From Acidobacteriota bacterium (GTDB lineage Bacteria > Acidobacteriota > CAIWXX01): a DNA stretch of 64,000 bases. Numbering within the stretch: position 1 is the first letter of the stretch; the number at the start of each line of letters is the position of its first letter. This document shows, in pieces, positions 28,849 through 38,065 of this stretch. The translations under genes and the position numbers were made by a program. The notes under the pieces are model-generated. The model saw only the letters and a program-made list of their open reading frames with translations, did no database searches and had not been told where the DNA came from. Location: assembly GCA_040755995.1 (NCBI GenBank), contig JBFMAF010000041.1:1-64000 (forward strand), read 5' to 3'.

Positions 28849-29853
28849 ATGAGACGAACAAATGGTTGGGTTACGGGCATGGCTCTGGTGATGATGCTCG
28901 GGCTGCTTGGCCTCTCGCGAGGCTTGTACGCAAGCAATGGAGATCCATCGGAGGACATGGAGATTCGAGGTACGATCACGTCCGTCAACGGCAGCTCTCT
29001 CGTCGTTGGCGGCACGACGGTATTCACGGATTCCCAGACGCGGATCTACGGCGAGGATGATCAGCCGCTGGCGTTCTCGGAACTGGCGGTGGGGCTCTTC
29101 GTCGAGGTGGAGGGGTTTCCGCAGAATGGTGGAGGCCTGCTTGCCAAGGAGATCAAGCTGGAGGACGGACCGGAAGACGCGGAGGAGGATGTCGACTTCA
29201 AAGGCGCGATCTCCTCGATCAACGGCAGCTCTCTGGTTGTCGCCGGCATGCAGGTGCTCACGGATTCCCAGACGCTCATATTCGATCACGAGGACCAGCC
29301 GATCCCCTTTTCGAGCCTCTCAGTCGGGCAGGTAGTTGAGGTGGAAGGGACTTTGCTGTCGAGCGGTGAAATCCGGGCGGCCAAAATCGATTTGGAAGAC
29401 AGCTCGAGTCCGGACTCTGTCGACCTTCACGCGAAGATCTCGTCGATCAACGGTTCATCCCTCTACGTCATGGGACGGCAGGTCAAGATCGTTCCTTCCA
29501 CGAGTCTGTTCGGAAGAGGGAACGCCAGGATCACCTTGAAAGACCTCAAGGTCGGCGTTGATGCGAACGTGCGCGGAGTCTCTCTTCCAGACGGTGCGAT
29601 CCGGGCGAAGACATTGCACGCGGACGTCTCGCCGAGCCACGATGGACACAAGACAGTCGTGGGACCGATCACCGCGAAGACTAGCAAGTCGATCACCGTC
29701 AACGGGCTCAAGCTGATGGTCACCTCATCCACACGGATCGAAGTACACGATACGCATCCAGGCATGGCCGGACTTCATATCGGCATGCGGGTCAAAGTTG
29801 AATATACGAAATCGGGCAAGAACCTGAGAGCGAAGGAGATCAACGCCCTGTAG
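28849..29853 (+). CDS. Secreted DUF5666 repeat protein
   Basis: Four repeats of G.I.S.NGSSLVV.G..V......L.VG..VEVEG...A..I; signal peptide. Confidence 0.85.
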   Translation: MRRTNGWVTGMALVMMLGLLGLSRGLYASNGDPSEDMEIRGTITSVNGSSLVVGGTTVFTDSQTRIYGEDDQPLAFSELAVGLFVEVEGFPQNGGGLLAKEIKLEDGPEDAEEDVDFKGAISSINGSSLVVAGMQVLTDSQTLIFDHEDQPIPFSSLSVGQVVEVEGTLLSSGEIRAAKIDLEDSSSPDSVDLHAKISSINGSSLYVMGRQVKIVPSTSLFGRGNARITLKDLKVGVDANVRGVSLPDGAIRAKTLHADVSPSHDGHKTVVGPITAKTSKSITVNGLKLMVTSSTRIEVHDTHPGMAGLHIGMRVKVEYTKSGKNLRAKEINAL

Positions 29854-29871
29854 GCTTCGTGTGTCTTTCCT

Positions 29872-29909
29872 CCCAGCCCGGTCGGACGTCGACCGGGCTT
29901 GCCTTTTGT
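29872..29909 (+). terminator. Intrinsic terminator candidate
   Basis: AGCCCGGTCG-GACGT-CGACCGGGCT hairpin followed by GCCTTTT. Confidence 0.6.
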
Positions 29910-30057
29910 CTCCACCAGCATTCGGCCGCCTGGCAGCTCCGTACTGAGGCTCGCTCCACCTGACCCCCGGACCGACCGTGATTCTCGGAGGCCGGCGACG
30001 TCCCGGTGACGGATGCCCCCTGTGAATCCGACTGCGATCCTCTATACTCAGTATCTT

Positions 30058-31548
30058 ATGAACAAGCCGACAACATTAGGGGAACTGAGAATGAGCGGAT
30101 GGACCGAGCGTGCCCGGCGGAGCGTGCGCGACGAGTTGCGCATCAACCTGATCGCGCGGGTCGAGCGACGCGAAGTCCTCTTTCCGGGCATCGTCGGATA
30201 CGACGACACCGTGATCCCGCAGATCGTCAATGCGATTCTCTCACGGCACCACTTCATCCTGCTCGGACTGCGCGGCCAGGCGAAGAGCCGCATTCTTCGC
30301 GAGATTCGCAGCCTCCTGGATGAGGAGGTCCCGGCCGTCGCCGGATGTGAGATCCACGACGATCCCGCCGCGCCGATCTGCCGCCGATGCCGCGATACGA
30401 TCGCGGAGCTGGGAGATGCGACACCGGTCGCATGGATAGGCCGTGACGAGCGCTACCTGGAAAAGCTGGCCACTCCGGACGTCACGATCGCAGACATCAT
30501 CGGCGACATGGATCCGATCAGGGCCGCGCGTGGGGGGCTGAATCTGTCCGACGAGCTGACCATTCACTACGGGCTTCTGCCGCGCGCTCACCGCGGCATC
30601 TTCGCGGTCAACGAGCTGCCTGATCTCGCGCCGAAGATTCAGGTCGGTCTCTTCAACATCCTCCAGGAAGGCGACGTGCAGATCAAGGGCTACCCCGTGC
30701 GCCTCCCGCTCGACGTCCTCCTCGTCTTCACCGCCAACCCCGAGGACTACACCGCTCGCGGCAAGATCATCACCCCGCTGAAGGACCGCATCGGATCCGA
30801 GATTCGCACGCACTACCCGCTCACGCTCGAGTCCGCCATGGAGATCACGAATCAGGAGGCGTACACGGATCGGCGCGCGGACGGCGGGATGATCCGCATC
30901 GCCCCGTGGCTCCGCGAAGTGATCGACGAGATCGCCATCCTGGCCCGCCGGGACCGGCGTGTGGACAAGCGATCCGGTGTCAGCCAGCGCCTCCCGATCA
31001 CGGTGCTGGAGAACGTCGTCTCCAACGCCGAGCGACGCGCTCTGCTGACGCGCGAGAAGGTCGTCGTACCGCGGATCGCCGATCTGTACGCGGCCATGCC
31101 GGCGATGACGGGCAAGCTCGAGCTCGAGTACGAAGGAGAGATGAAGGGGGCCGAGCAGATCGCAGGCGAGCTAGTCCGTGCGGCCGTTGGGCTCGCATTC
31201 CGCCGGCACTACGGCTCAGAGGACCTGTCGCAGGTGGTGGACTGGTTCGAACGCGGCGGCTACCTCAAGCTCCCAGACCTCGCATCGTCGGATGCGACCC
31301 TCGCGGCGCTCCAGCGCATCGACGGTCTGCTCTCGCATCTCCGCCCTCTCGGGGTGGTGGGAAGCACATCTGCCGCCGAGCGCGTGGCCGCCGCTGAGTT
31401 GATACTCGAAGGCCTCGCGGCGAGCTCGAAGATCAGCCGGAGCGAAGAACGAGGTTACGGCGCCGCGCGGGAGAGCCGTGCGGAGGTGGGTCGCGAAGCA
31501 CCCGAACATCCGCCGTCGCGGGATCCGGATCGGAGACGCCTCAACTGA
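30058..31548 (+). CDS. Mg-chelatase-like AAA+ ATPase (Rv0958-type)
   Basis: GLRGQAKS, YLEKLATPD, AVNELPDL, TANPEDYTARGKIITPLKDR. Confidence 0.88.
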   Translation: MNKPTTLGELRMSGWTERARRSVRDELRINLIARVERREVLFPGIVGYDDTVIPQIVNAILSRHHFILLGLRGQAKSRILREIRSLLDEEVPAVAGCEIHDDPAAPICRRCRDTIAELGDATPVAWIGRDERYLEKLATPDVTIADIIGDMDPIRAARGGLNLSDELTIHYGLLPRAHRGIFAVNELPDLAPKIQVGLFNILQEGDVQIKGYPVRLPLDVLLVFTANPEDYTARGKIITPLKDRIGSEIRTHYPLTLESAMEITNQEAYTDRRADGGMIRIAPWLREVIDEIAILARRDRRVDKRSGVSQRLPITVLENVVSNAERRALLTREKVVVPRIADLYAAMPAMTGKLELEYEGEMKGAEQIAGELVRAAVGLAFRRHYGSEDLSQVVDWFERGGYLKLPDLASSDATLAALQRIDGLLSHLRPLGVVGSTSAAERVAAAELILEGLAASSKISRSEERGYGAARESRAEVGREAPEHPPSRDPDRRRLN

Positions 31549-31563
31549 CGGAGGCCGGCTCTA

Positions 31564-32805
31564 ATGCCCGTCACCAAGTACTCCCGTTTCGACCCGAATG
31601 GCCTCGACGGGCTCTCGCTCGAAGACCTTCTCGCCCAGCTTTCCGACTATCTCCTCCAGAGCGGGTTCGAAGACTATTACTCCTTCAGCGAGCTCGGAGA
31701 CCACACGATCGAAGGACTGCGCGAGGCGGTGATGCGGGCTCTGATCGAGTCCGGCGCGCTCACTCCCGAACAGCTGGAGAAGCTCCAGAAAGGCGCGAGA
31801 GAGTCGGTGGAGGAGCTCCTCGACCAGGTCATCCGGAGATTGGAGGAGGAGGGGTTCATACACGTCGATACGCCTCTGCACAATCCTACCGCGCTTGGCG
31901 GTGCGGACTCTGGCGCCGGTACCCAGCCCTACCGGGCGCGAGCTCGATTCGAGGTCACCGACAAGGCTATAGACCTCCTCGGGTACCGGACGCTTCGGGA
32001 TTTGCTGGCGGGACTGGGGCGATCGAGCTTCGGACAGCACGAGACGCGCGAATTATCTACAGGTGTAGAAAATACCGGTTCCTCCAAGCCGTACGAATTC
32101 GGCGACACCCTGTCGATCGACACCCCGTCGACGGTGCTGGCGGCCGTCAAGCGCAACGGTATCGGCGTGCCCGTCGACATCGACTACCCGGATCTGCATG
32201 TTCACCAGTGCGAGTACCGGAGCTCCTGTGCGACCGTGCTGATGCTCGACTGCAGCCACAGCATGATCCTCTATGGGGAGGACCGCTTCACACCGGCCAA
32301 GCGGGTGGCGCTGGCCCTCACGCAGCTCATCCGCACGCAGTATCCGGGCGATCGCCTGCACCTGGTGCTGTTTCACGACAGCGCCGAGGAAGTGCCGCTC
32401 TCGCAGCTTGCCCGCGTTCGCGTCGGCCCGTTTTACACGAACACGGCCGAGGGCCTGCGGGTCGCGCGCCGCATCCTCGCGCGCGAGCGAACAGACATGC
32501 GCGAGATCGTGATGATCACCGACGGGAAACCGTCGGCGCTCACGCTCGATGACGGGCGCATCTACAAGAACCCGATGGGGCTGGACCCGCTGGTGATGGA
32601 TCGCACGTTCGCCGAGGTCTCTGCATGCCGTCGCGCCGGCATCCTGATCAACACCTTCATGCTTGCGCGCGACTGGCTGCTGGTGTCGTTCGTGAAGAAG
32701 GTGACCGAGATGGTCCGCGGGAAGGCTTACTTCACGACCCCCTCTCTGCTGGGACAGTACGTTCTGCTAGACTACCTGAACCGCCGCACGAAAACGATCC
32801 ACTGA
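31564..32805 (+). CDS. VWA domain protein, partner of the AAA+ ATPase
   Basis: MIDAS DCSHSM, TNTAEGL, ITDGKPS. Confidence 0.88.
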   Translation: MPVTKYSRFDPNGLDGLSLEDLLAQLSDYLLQSGFEDYYSFSELGDHTIEGLREAVMRALIESGALTPEQLEKLQKGARESVEELLDQVIRRLEEEGFIHVDTPLHNPTALGGADSGAGTQPYRARARFEVTDKAIDLLGYRTLRDLLAGLGRSSFGQHETRELSTGVENTGSSKPYEFGDTLSIDTPSTVLAAVKRNGIGVPVDIDYPDLHVHQCEYRSSCATVLMLDCSHSMILYGEDRFTPAKRVALALTQLIRTQYPGDRLHLVLFHDSAEEVPLSQLARVRVGPFYTNTAEGLRVARRILARERTDMREIVMITDGKPSALTLDDGRIYKNPMGLDPLVMDRTFAEVSACRRAGILINTFMLARDWLLVSFVKKVTEMVRGKAYFTTPSLLGQYVLLDYLNRRTKTIH

Positions 32806-33069
32806 ACGCTGAGGTATCCCCGTTCTCGGGGCTTCAGGGGGCGAACTTGACGCAGAATCCAGGCCGGATCGCTGATCCCTGGGACTCCCATAGGTCCCAG
32901 GCCTCGCTCGCAGGTGGAGGGGCGCGCGGAGGAGGGAACGATCCGTTCTTCGACGGCGCAGATAGGGCGCAACCCCGACCCCGAGGATTGTTGTTGTTCG
33001 TTCGCGGCTGGTGCGCTATATCTATATCATTGTTGATGAGCAGTGGTGGATATGCATAGCCGGAGGAAC

Positions 33070-33225
33070 ATGCCAGAGCGACAGAGACGGGGCGCGCTCA
33101 ATCAAGAGTGGGTCGCGATGAAACAGGAGGTTGCACGCAGCATGACACCGGCGGAGAGGCTCCACCGCTCACTGGAACTTTCTGATTTCGTCCGCAAGTT
33201 GAAGCAATGTTCGAAGAAGCGCTGA
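33070..33225 (+). CDS. Small protein, putative antitoxin
   Basis: RSMTPAERLHRSLELSDF; RBS GGAGG; overlaps the NTase. Confidence 0.6.
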   Translation: MPERQRRGALNQEWVAMKQEVARSMTPAERLHRSLELSDFVRKLKQCSKKR

Positions 33226-33755
33226 TCGATATTCACGGCCGGCTCGAGACGGCAAGGTCTCATGCCTTGCTCGATGACTGCATGCTCGTCGGCGCGTTGG
33301 CTGTTGGCACGTGGGGAACGCCGCGCAGCACGGATGACATCGACTTCGCGGCCGTATCGAGTGACCCGGCGAAGCTCGCCGAATTCCTCGGAGGCGAGTA
33401 CAAAGTCGGCGGGCCGGATGATCCTCTGCGCGGCGTTATCCACACGTCTGCGGGTGGCGTCCTCGTGCAATTGGTTCTCCTACCTCAGCGCCTGAATCAG
33501 GTTGTCTTCGCAGATCGGGATGTAATCGACCTCGCCGGGCATCAGGTTCCAATAGTGTCGTGGCGCTCGCTCGTCATGTTGAAGCTCTATGCCGGCGCCC
33601 CCCAAGATCAGATCGACGCGAAGGGGATTCTTGATATCCAGAAGCCGTCCGCAGAGGATCTTCGAAAACTCAAACAGATCGCAGCGTCACTCAGGCTCAC
33701 ACAGGATTTCGAGGCGATCACGAGGACCTTGCCGGGTCACAAGTCCCGGCTCTGA
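33207..33755 (+). CDS. Nucleotidyltransferase (AbiEii/DUF6036-like)
   Basis: LVGALAV..WGTPRSTDDIDF, LKLYAGAPQDQID. Confidence 0.8.
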   Translation: MFEEALIDIHGRLETARSHALLDDCMLVGALAVGTWGTPRSTDDIDFAAVSSDPAKLAEFLGGEYKVGGPDDPLRGVIHTSAGGVLVQLVLLPQRLNQVVFADRDVIDLAGHQVPIVSWRSLVMLKLYAGAPQDQIDAKGILDIQKPSAEDLRKLKQIAASLRLTQDFEAITRTLPGHKSRL

Positions 33756-33960
33756 GCGGGATTCTGCTTCCGGATCCACGACCGTGTAAAGACCGATCGC
33801 GGCGCGAATGCGCCCTGTTGCTCAGGCGCTCGCGAGATGCGCACGACGGCGATCGGCTGTTCATCGCAGGAACGGGGCGGGAGTCGACTCGCGGCAGCAT
33901 CATGGCTAGGCGGCGCGAGCCCGGCCGCCGCGAATCAGCCAGGCTGTGAACCCAGGCGCG

Positions 33961-35160
33961 TCACTTCACCTGGAACGCGAAAGGACGGCTCTTCTGTCCG
34001 GCCACCGTGACGACGACGTTGACCCAGCCTTTGCGGACAGACGGGATGACGACCACAAGCTGCGATGTGCTCGCCTTCTTGATCGTCGTGACCTTCTTCT
34101 TTCCGAAGTAGACCGTGTTGGCAGACTTGGTGGCCGAGAAGCCACTTCCCCGGATGGTCGCGTTCTTGCCGGGCTTGCTGGTCTTGCTCTTGATCGAAGT
34201 GATGGCCGGGACGATCGAGCGGACGAGCCGGAGCCCGAAGGTGATCACTGCATTGGCTGGCAGGGTGCCGCCTCGAAAGTAAGAGGTCAGACCGCTTGGC
34301 GTGTAGAGGAATGATCCTGAACGCACGACTCTGATCACGCCGTTTCCGGGACCGGTGTAGTCAGTCTGACTCGCTGATGGATAGTCGCCGTACCAGTCCC
34401 AGCACCATTCCTGGACACTTCCGTGCACATCCTGAAGATTCCACGGATTGGCCAGTCTCGTGCCGGCAGGATTCAGGGAGAATCCCGAGTTCGCGCAGAA
34501 CCAGGCTACCGATTCGAGCGCCGGCAGGAGCCCTGGCGTGCAGCCGCTGCAACTGGCGGCGCCATAGGCGGGCTCGTTGACCGAGAATGCCCCGGTTGTG
34601 CCGGCGCGGGTGAAGTGCTCCCATTCGCCCTCAGTCGGCAACCGGTAACCGTTGGCGGCGAAGCTGCAATAGATCGTGTCATTGCCGGCATAGTTGGAGG
34701 CGTCGATTGGCACGGCCATGCTAGCGTCGGTGTAATAGCATCTTGTCAGTCCCTGCTGCAGTGAAAGCAGGTTGGCGCATAGCACCGCCGCATGCCACGA
34801 AACCTGGTCCACGGGGTCCGCAGCTCCGACCGTCGAGGGAGAAGCCGCAGGCAACGTGGGCTGGAGGGCTCGCAAATTGTCCCACATCTGCTGCGTAACC
34901 TCCGTCTGCATCACCGCGAGGTTCCTGGTAAGAACATGCTGGAACTGGAATGCCGGCTGCACAAGGCACGGATCGCCGCCCGGATAGCCCTGCAGATATC
35001 CCCCGGCTCCCGTTGCTGGTACGTACCTGAGATTCCCGACGATTGTGTCCACCGCGTACAGGTCGCCCGCATTCTGCGCGGCCGCCAACCCTGCAGCACA
35101 CAGAACCCCGAACGCTGACAAGAACAATGAAAACCCCCTGAATCGTTCACCCCTGGTCAT
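33961..35160 (-). CDS. Formylglycine-generating-enzyme family (CLec fold) protein with C-terminal IPT/TIG domain
   Basis: TEVTQ, YRLPTEGEWE, NPWNLQDVHGSVQEWCWDWY, RVVRSGS, GLRLVRS; Lys-rich IPT tail. Confidence 0.9.
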   Translation of the reverse strand: MTRGERFRGFSLFLSAFGVLCAAGLAAAQNAGDLYAVDTIVGNLRYVPATGAGGYLQGYPGGDPCLVQPAFQFQHVLTRNLAVMQTEVTQQMWDNLRALQPTLPAASPSTVGAADPVDQVSWHAAVLCANLLSLQQGLTRCYYTDASMAVPIDASNYAGNDTIYCSFAANGYRLPTEGEWEHFTRAGTTGAFSVNEPAYGAASCSGCTPGLLPALESVAWFCANSGFSLNPAGTRLANPWNLQDVHGSVQEWCWDWYGDYPSASQTDYTGPGNGVIRVVRSGSFLYTPSGLTSYFRGGTLPANAVITFGLRLVRSIVPAITSIKSKTSKPGKNATIRGSGFSATKSANTVYFGKKKVTTIKKASTSQLVVVIPSVRKGWVNVVVTVAGQKSRPFAFQVK

Positions 35161-35571
35161 GCTTGTGCCTCCTTCCCAGGAATTCCGTTCCTCCACCTAT
35201 GAGAACGAGAATAGGGTCTGTGGACCGCCACGATATTTGTGGGACTACAGCACCTTCCGGAATGTCAATACGCTCCGAGGTTCCTGCGAAGTCAACAAGA
35301 GCCAAAGGATGAACAGAGAACCGCGGTGGACCATCAGTTCCCGTATCACGGGATCGTCGTCGGCGCTCAGTCTGTGATCGAAATCACTCACCGGCCGGCG
35401 GTTCCCGGCGCGATGTGATGCCGGGCACTCACGGGCGCGCGTTTCCGGCCGAGAACCCTCGTAGAAGCGATGGGGAACAGAAACAGCCAAGTACGCCGCG
35501 GCCCGGCAGCCGTGCCCAGGGGGGTGGGCGGCAGCTCGGGCGGTGCGGCTCTCGGGAAAGGGAGGCAAAGG

Positions 35572-37335
35572 ATGGACCGCCGACTCGCTACTGGACTTGT
35601 TTGTTCGCTCACGATCGTGCTGGGCGCCGGCGCGGCCTTCGGCAGCCCGCGAGGCACTGTCCCGGAGAAGATCCGGTACTTCGAGCGCGTTGCGACGCCC
35701 GTCTCAGCGGCTCCATTCGAGGCGGGGAGGGGAGGTTCTGACCGCAGTTTCTCGATACAGATGTTCGGGCGCGAATTCGATCTGCGCCTGGAACCCAACG
35801 ACCTGTTCGAGCCCGGTGCCCGGAATCTCTGGATCGGGCGCGACGGAACGCGTTCTGAGGAGCCGAAACCGATGTTCTATCGGGGTGTCGTCGCGGGAGA
35901 CGCGGGATCATGGATCCGTGTGAGCCTGACCGGCTCCGTCCTGGACGGACTGATCCGCACGAACGACGATGTCTATTTCGTCGAACCGGCCGCCAGGTAC
36001 TTCACCGGAGAGGACGCGAAGGGGATGGTCGCCTACCGTCTCTCGGATACTGAGTCCGATTGGGATGCCGGAAGTTGTGCGCTGGACGATCCTGATGTTG
36101 CGGCTCGTTTGACTGTTGGTGACCACAGCCGCAGCGGCGCAGCCGGCCACCATGCGAATCACTCTTTCGCGCCGATGTCCGCACTGACTACCTACAAGCG
36201 TTGCCAGCTCGTCGTCGTCGGCGACTACGAGCTGTACCTGGCGAAGGGAAGCGGCGCCATCTCGTACATGCAGAACATCATCAACCAGGTCGACGGGATC
36301 TACCGTTCGGAGCTGGGCGTGGCCCTGAGCATCTCACAAAGCATCGCGTACACGATCTCGGGCGATCCGTTCACGAGCTCGACGAATCCCGAAACGCTGC
36401 TGGACGACGCATCCGCTTTCCACAGCACCTATGGATACGGCACCTACGGCGCCGACCTGACACATCTCTTCACCGGGAGAGACTTGGACGGCTCGACGAT
36501 CGGCATCGCCTGGATCGACGTGCTATGCCATACCTATTATGGCGCCGGGCTTTCGCAAGCGTATTCGACCGACAACCGGTCCCTGGTATTGCTTACCGCT
36601 CACGAGCTCGGTCACAACTTCAGCGCCTACCACGATAACCAGGGCGGCTCGCCGTGCGCCGGAACCCCGTTCGGCTACATCATGAATCCATGGGTAAGCA
36701 CGTCGCTAGCCTACCAATTCTCGGTCTGCAGCCTGTCATACGTCCAGCCGGCGGTGGCGAGCGCGAGCTGCTTCGACACAGTAACCGTATCCGGTAATGA
36801 TGCTCCCGTGGCCAATGCTGGCAGCGATCAGTCGGTGGGTGTCGGCGCCGGTGTCACGTTGAACGGCGCGGGAAGCTACGACCCCAATGGCGATCCGATT
36901 GCATACAGCTGGGCCCAGATCGGTGGAATGGCCGTCGCTCTGGCGGGCGCTTCCAGCAGCGCGGCGAGCTTCACGGCACCGGGCGTCAGCGGCACACTTA
37001 CGTTCAGGCTTACAGTGAGCGACGGCTCGCTGACCTCCTCTGACGACGTTTCCGTCAACGTCGCCGCGACCCCGTCGGGCGCCCCGGTGATCTCATCGAT
37101 CACCAGCAGGCGCGGCCGCCCAGGCAGCCCCGCCACGGTACGTGGCAGCGGGTTCTCATACGACGCGTCACGGATCCAGGTCTACGTCGGTGGGTATCAC
37201 GCGCGTGTCACAAGCGCCACACCGACTTCGATCGGGATCAGGATTCCGAGGAGTCTCCGGCGCCGCTCGACCGTACCTGTCTACGTCGTTGTGGACGGCA
37301 CCTGGAGCGACCCCTACTTCTTCACGCTGAGGTAG
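35572..37335 (+). CDS. M12 (reprolysin-like) zinc metalloprotease with PKD-like and IPT/TIG domains
   Basis: AHELGHNFSAYHD, Met-turn YIMNP, NDAPVANAG, IPT tail. Confidence 0.9.
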   Translation: MDRRLATGLVCSLTIVLGAGAAFGSPRGTVPEKIRYFERVATPVSAAPFEAGRGGSDRSFSIQMFGREFDLRLEPNDLFEPGARNLWIGRDGTRSEEPKPMFYRGVVAGDAGSWIRVSLTGSVLDGLIRTNDDVYFVEPAARYFTGEDAKGMVAYRLSDTESDWDAGSCALDDPDVAARLTVGDHSRSGAAGHHANHSFAPMSALTTYKRCQLVVVGDYELYLAKGSGAISYMQNIINQVDGIYRSELGVALSISQSIAYTISGDPFTSSTNPETLLDDASAFHSTYGYGTYGADLTHLFTGRDLDGSTIGIAWIDVLCHTYYGAGLSQAYSTDNRSLVLLTAHELGHNFSAYHDNQGGSPCAGTPFGYIMNPWVSTSLAYQFSVCSLSYVQPAVASASCFDTVTVSGNDAPVANAGSDQSVGVGAGVTLNGAGSYDPNGDPIAYSWAQIGGMAVALAGASSSAASFTAPGVSGTLTFRLTVSDGSLTSSDDVSVNVAATPSGAPVISSITSRRGRPGSPATVRGSGFSYDASRIQVYVGGYHARVTSATPTSIGIRIPRSLRRRSTVPVYVVVDGTWSDPYFFTLR

Positions 37336-37485
37336 ATGCAGAAGATACTTCGGCGCCAATCACCACGGGCCCCGGATCGAGAGATCCTGGGCCCGTCGTG
37401 CATAGTCGAGACTTGCTTCCATCACGCCCTCAGCCTACCTTGAGACTTCGTGTCTTGTCGACCACACCTTCCGCGGGAATGCGGC

Positions 37486-37800
37486 CTACCGGGCCGATAC
37501 CTGCGTGGCCTGGCCGGGCGAGCGCCTGGATGCAAACTGGAAGTCCGCCAGACCCGTTTCGTGGTCGCCGTTGTTAGGATCTTCGGCCGAGACAACCAGA
37601 CTGTAGGTGCCCGGAGCCAGCTCCGGAAAGCGGATGCTGAACAGCATTTCCGCCGCCCCACCCGGATCGGTGCTCAAGCCGACCAGCTCGGCGCTCGGCT
37701 GCCCTGCGGCCTCGCCCGTCCGGCTTCGCACCTGCCATGTGAGCCGCACGAGCGGCCGGCCGGTGGCGGCGCCCCCAGGACCGCCGCACGGAGCAGGTTG
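37486..37800 (-). pseudogene. C-terminal remnant resembling an Acidobacterial VWA/GWxTD-protein Ig-like domain
   Basis: RLTWQV...MLFSIRFPELAPGTYSLVVSAED parallels the C-terminus of 50182-52311. Confidence 0.4.
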
Positions 37801-38065
37801 ACTGATCTCATTGGGAACTCTCCCCGTGAAGGATCACAATCGGATGGTGCCACTTGAGGTTGGTGAAGTCAAGGCGGCTTTATCGCGCGGTTCCCACCCG
37901 TGCGCTTTCGCGTTCACGAAGGTGTCCCGGGTACGGGTACGCGGCCGTGGTGTCAATCCGCAGACCCGCTGTGCACCCTCGGTTGACACGACCGAACCTC
38001 GGGCTTACAGTTCAGCGGTGATCGAGCGACAGTTGCCGCTGTTGTCACTTCCAAGAGGAGGCTCT

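Noticed and set aside
34210..34340. FGE/CLec C-terminal segment as a DGR variable region
   Set aside because: No reverse transcriptase and no adenine-variant template repeat seen in the window; a remote DGR cannot be excluded.
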